From an uncultured Acidimicrobiia bacterium (GTDB lineage Bacteria; Actinomycetota; Acidimicrobiia; Acidimicrobiales; AC-14), in contig CAWIIV010000024.1 in NCBI GenBank assembly GCA_963836205.1, positions 220,718-284,717 of the forward strand: a DNA stretch of 64,000 nt. Direction: 5' to 3'. Below the pieces are notes generated by a model. That model searched no databases. It was not told the DNA's origin and saw only the letters and a program-made list of their open reading frames with translations. The translations under genes and the position numbers were made by a program. This document shows, piece after piece, positions 9,189 to 17,891 of this stretch; position 1 is the first letter of the stretch; the number at the start of each line of letters is the position of its first letter.

Positions 9189-10628
9189 TTGAGCGAGGGC
9201 CGGGCTCCGACCGGGAGGGGCGTCAGACGCCCCCTCCCCTCGCCGCGCCTCGAGTCGTTGTTCGTGGCCACGTTCGTGCTCTTCGGGTTCCGCCTCGGCG
9301 TGCGCCCGATCGGCGACAACTCGATGCTCACCCACGTGCGCACCGGCATCGACATGGTGCGGGGGCTCGGCATCCCCCGGGTGGACCCCTACTCCTTCAC
9401 CGCCCCCGGCCACGACTGGGTGGTGCAGAGCTGGCTGCCGGAGTGGACCTACGGGTGGGCCTACCGGCTGGGCGGGTTCCGGCTGGTGGTGCTCGAACAG
9501 GCCGTGGTCATCGCCCTCCTGGCCTGGCTGGTGGTGCGCCTGGTGCGGGCGGGTTCGCCCCTGCGCACCGCCTTCGGCGCCCTGATCGTGGTCGGGATCG
9601 GCGCGCCGTTCTGGTCGCCCCGGCCCCTGCTGTTCGGCGCCGTCTGCATGGCCCTCGCCGTCACGATCGTGGAGAGCCGGCGCTCGCACTGGTGGCTGGT
9701 GCCGGTGGTGTGGCTCTGGGTCAGCAGCCACGGCTCGTTCCCGCTGGGCCTGGCCTGGCTGGCAGCCCGGGCGGTGGGGGAGGCGTTCGACTGGCGGGCG
9801 TGGCCCCGCGATGCAATCCGCTACGTGGGTGGGTTCGTCGTCGGACTGGTGGTGGCGGTGGTCAACCCGCTCGGGGCCAAGCTGCTGGCGTTCCCGTTCA
9901 CCCTGGGCGACAAGCGCCAGACGTTCGAGCGCATCGTCGAGTGGATGTCGCCCGACTTCCAGCACGCGCCAGCACGCGTCGCCCTCATCTTCCTCGTGCT
10001 GGCCCTGCTGCTGCTGGTGCGGGCCCGGCTGAGCTGGCGGGACGTCGTGCCGGTGGTCGCCTTCATGGCCGCCGGTCTCCTGGCCGTCAGGAACCTGCCC
10101 ATCGCGGCCGTGGTGCTGGCCCCGGTGCTGGGCCGGGTGCTCAAGCGCCCCGACTCGCTCCCGCCCCTGCCCCCCGTTCCCGCCAGCCGGGAGCGGCTCA
10201 ACCGGGTCTTCGCGGTGGCGCTCGTGGCCGCCTTCGTCGTCTTCGGACTCTCGATCCGGACCAACGACCCGCTGCGCCTGTCGGGCTACCCGATCGCGGC
10301 GACCGACTTCCTGGAGGAGTCGGGCCTGCTGGCGGCGCCCCACCGGCTGGCGCACCTCGACTTCGTGGGCAACTACTTCGAGCTCCGCTTCGGCCGCCGG
10401 GTCAAGGTCTTCATCGACGACCGCTACGACATGTACCCGGTGGAGGTGTCCCAGGACTACTCCAACCTGCTCCGGGGCCGTCCGCAGTGGCAGGCCATCC
10501 TCCAGGCCCGCCAGATCGACGTCGTTCTGTGGGACCGGGATCTGCCCCTGACCTCCCTCCTCAAGTCCACCGGGCAGTGGCTCGAGATCTTCGCCGACGG
10601 CGACTGGGTGGTCTTGCGGCGACTATGA
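9189..10628 (+). CDS. Polytopic membrane protein, GT-C-like (putative lipid-linked glycosyltransferase)
   Basis: First-loop D-x5-H-x3-G...IPRVDPYSFT..W...W motif, many TM segments, C-terminal soluble FIDDRYDMY domain; fold assignment is inference. Confidence 0.55.
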   Translation: MSEGRAPTGRGVRRPLPSPRLESLFVATFVLFGFRLGVRPIGDNSMLTHVRTGIDMVRGLGIPRVDPYSFTAPGHDWVVQSWLPEWTYGWAYRLGGFRLVVLEQAVVIALLAWLVVRLVRAGSPLRTAFGALIVVGIGAPFWSPRPLLFGAVCMALAVTIVESRRSHWWLVPVVWLWVSSHGSFPLGLAWLAARAVGEAFDWRAWPRDAIRYVGGFVVGLVVAVVNPLGAKLLAFPFTLGDKRQTFERIVEWMSPDFQHAPARVALIFLVLALLLLVRARLSWRDVVPVVAFMAAGLLAVRNLPIAAVVLAPVLGRVLKRPDSLPPLPPVPASRERLNRVFAVALVAAFVVFGLSIRTNDPLRLSGYPIAATDFLEESGLLAAPHRLAHLDFVGNYFELRFGRRVKVFIDDRYDMYPVEVSQDYSNLLRGRPQWQAILQARQIDVVLWDRDLPLTSLLKSTGQWLEIFADGDWVVLRRL

Positions 10629-10635
10629 GGTCGGT

Positions 10636-11811
10636 GTGAATCGCAGTGAGATCATCGGGGACCTGTTGCGGCGGGCCTCGCTCACCCCGCCCGACCTGTT
10701 GGCGGCCGACGTGGCCAACGCGCTGCACGACGCCGGCGGCAACCACCTCGTCCTCTACGTGGTGGACTACGAGCAGGAGACGCTTCAGCCGGTGGCGCTG
10801 GCCGGCGACCTGCTCTCCGAACGGCCCAAAGGCGTCCCCATCGAGGGAACCATGGCCGGGCGGGCGTTCCAGTCCCAGGAGGTCCTCTCCGCGGAAACGC
10901 CTGCCGGGTGGCGGGTGTGGGCGCCGGTGCGGGAGCGGGCCGAGCGCATCGGGGTCCTCGAGCTGGGCTTTCCCACGGTCGACGACGAGCTGCTGGCCCT
11001 GTGCGACGACCTCGGCCTGCTGGTCGGGCACCTCACCCACACCGCCGGCCGCTACACCGACCTCATCGAGCTGCGCCGCCGCCGTCGACCCATGAACCTG
11101 GCTGCCGAGATGCAGTGGGACCTGCTGCCCCCGCTGTCGTTCTCGTCGCCTGAGCTGGCCATCGCCGGCCTCCTCGAGCCGGCGTACTTCGTGGCCGGCG
11201 ACGCCTTCGACTACTCCCTCAACGGCGACATCCTCGCCTTCGCCATCATCGACGCCATGGGCCACGGGGTGCACTCCACCCTGGCCAGCACCCTCGCCCT
11301 GGGGGCCTTCCGCTACGGACGGCGGCGGGGGCTCGACCTGTCGGTGATCGCGGAGCACGTCGACGACGCGGTGGCCGAGCATTTTCACGGCGACTGCTTC
11401 GTCACCGGCCACCTGGCCCGCCTCGACGTGGCCACCGGCGACCTGCTCTGGGTCAACGCCGGCCACCCCCCGCCGCTCCTGCTCCGGGGGCCGAAGGTGG
11501 TGTCGGAGCTGGCTTGTGAGCCGTGCTTCCCGTTCGGGCTGGGGATCTCGATCACCGAGATCGGCCACTGCCGGCTGCAGCCCGGCGACCGGGTGCTGTT
11601 CTACTCCGACGGCGCCATCGAGGCCCGGCCCACCGCCGGCGAGCAGTTCGGGCTCGAGCGGCTGATCAGCGAGGTGGAGCAGTTCATCGGCGCGGGCGTC
11701 CTGGCTTCGGAGACGCTGCGCCGGCTGGCGGCACGGCTCCGCCAGCACCGGGGCGGGGAGCTGGAGGACGACGCCACCCTCGTCTTCCTGGACTGGCAGC
11801 CCGGCCGCTGA
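10636..11811 (+). CDS. PP2C/SpoIIE (RsbU-like) phosphatase
   Basis: VAGDAFD, IDAMGHG, NAGHPPP, YSDG, EDDAT. Confidence 0.92.
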   Translation: MNRSEIIGDLLRRASLTPPDLLAADVANALHDAGGNHLVLYVVDYEQETLQPVALAGDLLSERPKGVPIEGTMAGRAFQSQEVLSAETPAGWRVWAPVRERAERIGVLELGFPTVDDELLALCDDLGLLVGHLTHTAGRYTDLIELRRRRRPMNLAAEMQWDLLPPLSFSSPELAIAGLLEPAYFVAGDAFDYSLNGDILAFAIIDAMGHGVHSTLASTLALGAFRYGRRRGLDLSVIAEHVDDAVAEHFHGDCFVTGHLARLDVATGDLLWVNAGHPPPLLLRGPKVVSELACEPCFPFGLGISITEIGHCRLQPGDRVLFYSDGAIEARPTAGEQFGLERLISEVEQFIGAGVLASETLRRLAARLRQHRGGELEDDATLVFLDWQPGR

Positions 11812-11817
11812 CGGCGG

Positions 11818-12306
11818 TCAGCGGCCCTTCGGGCCGTCGGGGTCGGGCGGGCCGTCGGGGTCGGGCGGGGGGCCGAGGAAGCGGTCGAGGGGGCTGTCCC
11901 GGACGATGGCCAGCTCCTTGACCAGATGCACCACCGTCCCTTCCGCCGGGCGGGACTCGAACTTCACCCCGTCGACCAGGGCGGACAGGATGGCCAGGCC
12001 TCGCCCGTCCTCCGCCGATTCGGGGGCCATGCCCTGGGACAGCACCGACGAGTCGTCGAAGCCCCGGCCGGCGTCGACCACCGTGATCTCGCAGATCTGG
12101 TCGGTGACCACCAGGCGGACCTCGTACTCGTCGTCGACGCCCGAGTGCTGCACCACGTTGGTGCACGCCTCGGTGAGGGCCAGGGCCACGTCGTCGACGT
12201 CGGTCGGAGCGACGCCCAGCTCGTCGAGGGCGCACACGGCGATGTGGCGGATCACGGGCAGGGTCGACGAGTCCCGGGGGAGGCAGACCTCCATCTGGAT
12301 CCTCAC
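11818..12306 (-). CDS. RsbW-like anti-sigma factor / HATPase_c kinase
   Basis: LALTEACTNVVQHS, VVDAGRGF, EDGRGL; GTG start at 12306 inferred. Confidence 0.88.
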   Translation of the reverse strand: MRIQMEVCLPRDSSTLPVIRHIAVCALDELGVAPTDVDDVALALTEACTNVVQHSGVDDEYEVRLVVTDQICEITVVDAGRGFDDSSVLSQGMAPESAEDGRGLAILSALVDGVKFESRPAEGTVVHLVKELAIVRDSPLDRFLGPPPDPDGPPDPDGPKGR

Positions 12307-12464
12307 TGCGCACCACCGGGCCGCCGCGGCCGACGCCTGCGGGGAAGAGTCGGCGGGTGGGGAGCTCGCTCCATGGGTGGGTCCGGTTCTCCGGTCGGTT
12401 CGGGCTTCGTTCGCTCTCCTTACCCGTCCGCCACCCCTGGCGGAACCAACCTGACCCGGGAAAG

Positions 12465-12502
12465 GCAAGAGGAGCGGGCCCGAAGGGCTCCGCTCCTCTT
12501 GC
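12465..12502 (-). terminator. Intrinsic terminator hairpin after pilin 1
   Basis: GCAAGAGGAGCGG...CCGCTCCTCTTGC inverted repeat. Confidence 0.75.
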
Positions 12503-12537
12503 GCTGACCGGGGGGGGTCAGGTCTGTTGTGTCGGTC

Positions 12538-12747
12538 CTACTCCCCGGCGTCGGCGATGGAGCCGCCAACGGTGGAGAACTTGTCGGCGGCCTGCTCGCC
12601 GAGCTGGGTCAGGGCGATGATGCACACGACAGCGATCAGGGCCAGGAGGAGTGCGTACTCCACCAGGGCCGCACCACGCTCGCTGCGGCCGAGGACGGCG
12701 CGCAGGTAGGGGGTGCAGTTCTTCTGCCAGTAAGCGATGAGGGCCAC
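12538..12747 (-). CDS. flp: Flp family type IVb pilin (copy 1)
   Basis: SERG/AALVEYALLLALIAVVCIIALT Flp motif; GTG after a purine-rich RBS. Confidence 0.93.
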   Translation of the reverse strand: MALIAYWQKNCTPYLRAVLGRSERGAALVEYALLLALIAVVCIIALTQLGEQAADKFSTVGGSIADAGE

Positions 12748-12868
12748 GGTTCTTCCTTCTTGGGGGCTCGGGCACCACTGGGGTGCAGGAACTCGACTCG
12801 TGGTACAGGTATCGGCGCCCGTCGCCGGGACTGAATAGGTCTTTCGACCTAATTCCACAAAGTTCCGA

Positions 12869-12938
12869 CAACTCGCTTCCGTCAACTCGCTTCCGTCAAC
12901 TCGCTTCCGTCAACTCGCTTCCGACGACTCGCCTTCGA
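12869..12938. repeat. 14-bp tandem repeat CAACTCGCTTCCGT, 4 copies (last ending in A) plus one degenerate copy
   Basis: Read directly from sequence. Confidence 0.9.
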
Positions 12939-12950
12939 ACGACAAGAGGG

Positions 12951-12989
12951 CGGAAGAGGGAGCGAACCGTGGCGTCGCTCCCTCTTCCG
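12951..12989 (-). terminator. Terminator hairpin after pilin 2
   Basis: CGGAAGAGGGAGCGA...TCGCTCCCTCTTCCG. Confidence 0.75.
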
Positions 12990-13025
12990 GTTGCCGACCG
13001 GGGCTGGTCGGGAGGGCCGGTACCG

Positions 13026-13238
13026 CTAGCCGGCGTCCTCGATGGACTGGCCGACGGTGGAGAACTTGTCCGACGCCTGGTTGCCAAGGGCGGTCAGGGC
13101 GATGATGCAGACGACGGCGATGAGGGCGAGGAGCAGGGCGTACTCGACGAGTGCCGCTCCCCGCTCGCTGCGACCGAACACGGCCCGCAGGTAGGGGGCG
13201 CAGTTCTTCTGCCAGTAGCTGACGATGTTGAGGCTCAT
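13026..13238 (-). CDS. flp: Flp family type IVb pilin (copy 2)
   Basis: MSLNIVSYWQKNCAPYLRAVFGRSERGAALVEYALLLALIAVV. Confidence 0.93.
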   Translation of the reverse strand: MSLNIVSYWQKNCAPYLRAVFGRSERGAALVEYALLLALIAVVCIIALTALGNQASDKFSTVGQSIEDAG

Positions 13239-13383
13239 TGTGGTTTCTCCCGTTCTGGTTGCCCCCGTCCCGGGGCTGTCTGGGTACGAGAGATGTATCG
13301 GTGGGCGATGAGGGATGGCGTATAGGTCATTTGTCTCAATACCAGGGACAAAGCTGAGGCAAATGAACAGGGGCGGACGCGAA

Positions 13384-13411
13384 AAGGAGCGAGCCCGCAG
13401 GCTCGCTCCTT
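13384..13411 (-). terminator. Terminator hairpin after pilin 3
   Basis: AAGGAGCGAGC-N6-GCTCGCTCCTT followed by a T run on the minus strand. Confidence 0.8.
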
Positions 13412-13452
13412 CTTCGGTTGCCGACCGGGGCTGGTCGGGAGGGTTGGTACCG

Positions 13453-13665
13453 CTAGCCGGCGTCCTCGATGGACTGGCCGACGGTGGAGAACTTGTCCGA
13501 CGCCTGGTTGCCAAGGGCGGTCAGGGCGATGATGCAGACGACGGCGATGAGGGCGAGGAGCAGGGCGTACTCGACGAGTGCCGCTCCCCGCTCGCTGCGA
13601 CCGAACACGGCCCGCAGGTAGGGGGCGCAGTTCTTCTGCCAGTAGGTGACGATGTTGAGGCTCAT
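13453..13665 (-). CDS. flp: Flp family type IVb pilin (copy 3; differs from copy 2 at one residue)
   Basis: MSLNIVTYWQKNCAPYLRAVFGRSERGAALVEY. Confidence 0.93.
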   Translation of the reverse strand: MSLNIVTYWQKNCAPYLRAVFGRSERGAALVEYALLLALIAVVCIIALTALGNQASDKFSTVGQSIEDAG

Positions 13666-13804
13666 TGTGGTTTCTCCGGTTCTGGTTGGCCCCCGTCCCG
13701 GGGCTTTCTGGTTACAAGAGATGTATCGGTGCCGGTTGTCACATTCTTGATGAGTTGTTCGGCCCATCACCCATTCACGTCTTAAACGCCGAAATCCGGA
13801 CGCG

Positions 13805-13954
13805 ACAAAGGAGCGAGCGGTGAGCTCGCTCCTTCATCGTTGCCCGACCGGGGCAGGGGTGATGTTCCTCTCAGTTTCGGCCGACCGGGGGATCAGTGGC
13901 CTCAAAGGAGGTATCGGACGCACCCTCGGGATGCTGGATGAGCCTTTCGATCCA
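13805..13954 (-). other. Fourth pilin-type cassette lacking an ORF (operator, promoter, RBS, terminator)
   Basis: TCCAG-N15-TCCGATAC (13938-13911), GAGAGGA RBS, then directly the pilin-type 3' UTR GCCCCGGTCGG and terminator AAGGAGCGAGC..GCTCGCTCCTT. Confidence 0.65.
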
Positions 13955-13960
13955 ATTTCC

Positions 13961-15398
13961 GGCTCTCCTGACCACGATGTGGATCAGGACGCCTCTTTCC
14001 AGACCACCCGCTCGTGCGGCAGCTTGATGTCGATGGGCCCGGCAGCGAGCATGACGAGGGCCAGGGCCGCGTCGGCGGAATGGAACCCGTACGCCCTGCG
14101 GATGATGAGGCGGACCTTGGTGTTGAAGCCCTCCACCCGGCCGTTGGAGATCCCGTGCTCGACGGCGTTGAGGATCATCTCCCGACGCTGGCGCATGGTC
14201 TTGGCCACCTTGACGAACGGCGCCAGCCGCGATCTCTGGGCTCGGGCGCACCACCGGTCGAGAAGCTCGCCCGCCTCGTCGCGGGTGAGGTCGCCGGCCA
14301 GGATGGCCCGGAACTGCTCCTTCATCTCATAGGCCCGCCACATCCCGCCCCGGTTGCGTCGGATGCGCTTGAGCTGGGCGGCCTGGGTGGTGGTCAGGTC
14401 CTCGGGGTTCTTCAGCAGGGCCCACCGGGCTCCCTTGAAGTCCTTGGCCCAGCGGTCGTCGGGAAGCCGGCGCAGCTGGTTCCACAGGTCCCGGCGGACC
14501 TCGTCGAGAGCGTCGCCCACCAGGCACACGAGGTGGAACGGATCGGCGCACACGATGGCCTGGGGAGCGTGTCCCTCGGCCTTGACGCTCTTGAGGTAGG
14601 CCGGGCCCAGATCCATGGAAAAGGCGCTGAGCTGGGACGATCGCTCCGGCCCGAGCTCGTCGAAGAAGGCGTCGAGGGTCTTGGCGTCCTTGCCTTTGGC
14701 TCCCCAGACGACCCTGCCCCGGTCGTGGTCGACCACCAGCGTCAGGTAGCGGTGGTGCTTGCGCCAGGAGATCTCGTCGACCCCGATGCGGAACAGGCCG
14801 TCGAGGCGATGGTCGTCGAGCTCGCTCGCCACCACCCGTTCGCAGGCCCGTCCCACCGTCCGCCACGACACCCGGCACAGACGAGCGACCGCCGTGCGGT
14901 CCATCCTCGTCGCCAGCCACGCCAGCAGGTCGTCGAGGTCCCGGGTGAGGTTCGCCCCCGGCCGGGCGAAGGGGACGGCCTCCACCACCACGCCGTGGTC
15001 GGGGCAACGAAGACGGCGCAGGCTGGCCCGGACCTCCAGCCGCCAGGTGCCCAGGTCGAGGTGGCGCCACCACGACGGCGCCGGCCGGGTGTCGTAGCGG
15101 AACCGGGTCTTGAACCCGCAATGGGGGCAGACCAGCCGCCGCCGGCGCAGGGCCACGGTGACGATCACGATCGTGGTCAGGAACTCCACGGCGACGACGT
15201 TGACGTCGTCGAGCCGAAGGAGGCGCTTGAATGCGGTGGTGACGCGCACGGGTTGAGGACCTCCCGGTTCAGGGGTGTGAGAAGTCCGTGAACCTTGGCC
15301 CGGCCCGTGCCGCGTCACACGGATACCGGAAGACCTGCTCAGCCAGCCACTACACGCCTGCCGGCTCCGATCCCATCCACACTTGGGTCAGGAGAGCC
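13961..15398 (-). mobile_element. ISL3-family insertion sequence
   Basis: 24-bp imperfect TIRs GGCTCTCCTGACC..TGTGGAT at 13961-13984 and 15375-15398; 8-bp target duplication CAATTTCC at 13953-13960 and 15399-15406. Confidence 0.93.
13984..15249 (-). CDS. ISL3-family transposase
   Basis: CPHCG zinc finger, IGVDEISWRK, SMD, ADPFH, SNGRVEGFNTKVRLIIRRAYGF. Confidence 0.95.
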   Translation of the reverse strand: MRVTTAFKRLLRLDDVNVVAVEFLTTIVIVTVALRRRRLVCPHCGFKTRFRYDTRPAPSWWRHLDLGTWRLEVRASLRRLRCPDHGVVVEAVPFARPGANLTRDLDDLLAWLATRMDRTAVARLCRVSWRTVGRACERVVASELDDHRLDGLFRIGVDEISWRKHHRYLTLVVDHDRGRVVWGAKGKDAKTLDAFFDELGPERSSQLSAFSMDLGPAYLKSVKAEGHAPQAIVCADPFHLVCLVGDALDEVRRDLWNQLRRLPDDRWAKDFKGARWALLKNPEDLTTTQAAQLKRIRRNRGGMWRAYEMKEQFRAILAGDLTRDEAGELLDRWCARAQRSRLAPFVKVAKTMRQRREMILNAVEHGISNGRVEGFNTKVRLIIRRAYGFHSADAALALVMLAAGPIDIKLPHERVVWKEAS

Positions 15399-15422
15399 CA
15401 ATTTCCGCCCGCCCGGCGGGGG

Positions 15423-16094
15423 TTACGGCTCCGACGGGGACAGGCGGATGATGCCCATCCGGACCGCCCGCAGGACGGCCTGGGTGCGGTCGCGCGCGTC
15501 GAGCTTGGCGTAGATCGAGGCCAGGTGGTTCTTCACCGTTTTCACGCTGATGAAGAGCTGGGCTGCCACCTCGGGCAGGGAAAGGCCGTCGGCGAAGAGC
15601 TGGAGCACTTCCTCCTCCCGGGCGCTGATCACCGACACCGCGGCCCCGTTGTGGCCGTTGAGCTCCCGCTCCCCGTCCCCTCGTTGCATCTCCACCAGCA
15701 TCGACGACGCCAGCCCGGCGGACAGCACACCGTCGTCCTGGGCCGCCAGGCGGACGGCGGCCACCACCTCCTCGATGGCGCAGTCCTTGACCAGGTACCC
15801 CACGGCCCCGGCCTGGAGGGCGCGGGACATCACGTCGCCGTCGGCGTGCATGGTCAGCATCACCACTGCGATCGACGGCAGCGCCCCGTGGATGAGGCGG
15901 GTGGCCTCCACCCCGTCCAGTACCGGCATGGTGACGTCCATGAGCACCACGTCGGGGACCAGCTCGGAGGCCATCCGGAAGGCCTCCTGGCCATCCGAGG
16001 CCTCCCCCACCACCTCGAAGCCGTGGTCCTGGAGTGAACGGCGCAGTCCTTCGCGGAGCATGCGGTGGTCGTCGGCAAGCAGCAAACGGGTCAT
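15423..16094 (-). CDS. NarL/LuxR-family response regulator
   Basis: LLLADDH, DVVLMDVTMP, GYLVKD, REEEVL...ISVKTVKNH. Confidence 0.95.
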   Translation of the reverse strand: MTRLLLADDHRMLREGLRRSLQDHGFEVVGEASDGQEAFRMASELVPDVVLMDVTMPVLDGVEATRLIHGALPSIAVVMLTMHADGDVMSRALQAGAVGYLVKDCAIEEVVAAVRLAAQDDGVLSAGLASSMLVEMQRGDGERELNGHNGAAVSVISAREEEVLQLFADGLSLPEVAAQLFISVKTVKNHLASIYAKLDARDRTQAVLRAVRMGIIRLSPSEP

Positions 16095-17881
16095 GAGGCA
16101 GCTCTCTGAGGGTGCGCCGTGCGGGTGGGAGGGTGGGACTGGGCCGAAATGCCGGCGGGGGCGTCGACCCGGCACTCGACGAGCGTGCCGACGTAAGGCT
16201 CGGACTCGACGAGCAGGGTGGCGCCGATGGCGTTGGCCCGCTCCTGCATGCCGGTGAGGCCGAAGGAGTCGGCCCGGTGGGGGGCCTGGACGGCGAAGCC
16301 GATCCCGTCGTCGGCCACCGTGAGCTGGGCCGACTGGCCGTCGCACTTCCAGCGGACGCGCAGGTGCTTGGCCCGGGCGTGGCGCTCGGCGTTGGTGATC
16401 GCCTCCTGGGCGATCCGCCACAGCTCGCGTTCCTGGACCAGGGGCAGGCGGCCGGTGCTCTCGTGGCGGAAGTCGACGAGTAGGTCGGTGCGGGCCGCCA
16501 CCCGCTCCAGGGACGCCTCGAGGGTGTCGACCAGCCCCCGTTGGTCGGAGACCTCGGCCCGCAGGTCGGAAAGGGTGTCGCGCACCTCGCCGAGCACGGT
16601 GCGCACCTCCGAGCGGAGGCTGTCGAGGGACTCCTTGAGCGCGTCGGGCGCCTGCCCGGTGAGGCGGTCGAGCTCGAAGGCCACGTAGGCCAGGGACTGG
16701 CCGATGCGGTCGTGCATGTCGCGGGCGATGCGAGTGCGTTCCTCGTCCGCCCCCATGCCCCGCAGCCGGCCGAACCAGCGGGCGTTGTCGATGGCCAGGG
16801 CGGCGGAGTCGATGAAACCGTCGAGGAGCTGGAGCTCCCGGCGGCCGTAGCGGCCCGGCTCGTGGTGCTCGAGGGCGACCAGTCCCACCAGGTTCCCCCG
16901 GGCCCGCAGCGGGGCGTAGAGGCCCGACCGCGACACCAGCGTCGGCCCGAATCCCTCGCCCGGGGCCAGGCTGACGACCAGCGAGGCCACGCTGCTGGTG
17001 GTGGCGGCCCGCAGGGGGACGGGAAGGGTCTCGTCGACGAGGGGCCGCGACGCCACCGCGCCCTCGCTGGCGGCCACGATCCAGCGGCCGGTCACGTCGT
17101 CGCGGAGCAGGAGGGCGGTGACGTCACAGTCGATGAGGCTGCGCATGCGCTCGATGGTGGAGGTGGCCACCTGGTCGATGTTCAGCGACGCCGGGAGGCT
17201 CTGGGCCACCCGGTGCAGCGAAACCAGCAGGTCGTTGGCCTCGGCCAGCTGCGACACCCGGTCGAGGGCCTGGGAATGGCGCTGCTCGGCCTCCCCGAAG
17301 AGGCGGCGGGCATAGCCGGCGAGGATCGCCACCAACACCAGCTCGAGCGCCCACTGACCGGTGAGGCCGAGGGGCTCGATGCCGAAGTTGGAACGCTCCA
17401 GGTGGAAGGGGATGCCGACGCTCAGGATGACCACGGCCGCCACCCGCAGGCCGAGCCGGAAGCCCTGGGCGAAGCCGGCGGCCACCACCACGCTCAGCAG
17501 GCAGAAGGCCAGGGGCGAGGCCCAGTACTCGGTGCTGTCGACGGCGAGGATGGTGAGGAAGAGCTCGACCATGATCGCCAGCGGGGGGATGGCCGACGTC
17601 GGTTCGGCGCCGGCGCCGGCGCCTGTGCTCGCGGGGTCGATCACCGGGTGGCGGGCCCGCCAGGCGGCATGGGCCGCCAGCACCACGCCCCACACCACCA
17701 CGGAGGTCGTGAAGCGCCCGTTGACCGCGGCCACGAAGGCGCTGAGGGCGAGGATCCCCCAGCGGACACCGGGCACCAGCGCCGCGAACGACGGCTGGTG
17801 CCCGGTGTGCCCGATCCCCTGGGGTCCGGTTGCTGGCGGCTCCCCGGTTGCCGTCACGGGGAGAGCGGCATGAGGGAGCAT
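16091..17881 (-). CDS. Membrane GAF sensor histidine kinase (HisKA_3)
   Basis: N-terminal TMs, GAF, ERTRIARDMHD, QEAITNAERHA, DDGIGF, FGLTGMQERA. Confidence 0.92.
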   Translation of the reverse strand: MLPHAALPVTATGEPPATGPQGIGHTGHQPSFAALVPGVRWGILALSAFVAAVNGRFTTSVVVWGVVLAAHAAWRARHPVIDPASTGAGAGAEPTSAIPPLAIMVELFLTILAVDSTEYWASPLAFCLLSVVVAAGFAQGFRLGLRVAAVVILSVGIPFHLERSNFGIEPLGLTGQWALELVLVAILAGYARRLFGEAEQRHSQALDRVSQLAEANDLLVSLHRVAQSLPASLNIDQVATSTIERMRSLIDCDVTALLLRDDVTGRWIVAASEGAVASRPLVDETLPVPLRAATTSSVASLVVSLAPGEGFGPTLVSRSGLYAPLRARGNLVGLVALEHHEPGRYGRRELQLLDGFIDSAALAIDNARWFGRLRGMGADEERTRIARDMHDRIGQSLAYVAFELDRLTGQAPDALKESLDSLRSEVRTVLGEVRDTLSDLRAEVSDQRGLVDTLEASLERVAARTDLLVDFRHESTGRLPLVQERELWRIAQEAITNAERHARAKHLRVRWKCDGQSAQLTVADDGIGFAVQAPHRADSFGLTGMQERANAIGATLLVESEPYVGTLVECRVDAPAGISAQSHPPTRTAHPQRAAS

Positions 17882-17891
17882 CTTTCGCGTC

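Noticed and set aside
12869-12938. Possible CRISPR array
   Set aside because: 14-bp units without spacers; no cas genes in the window.
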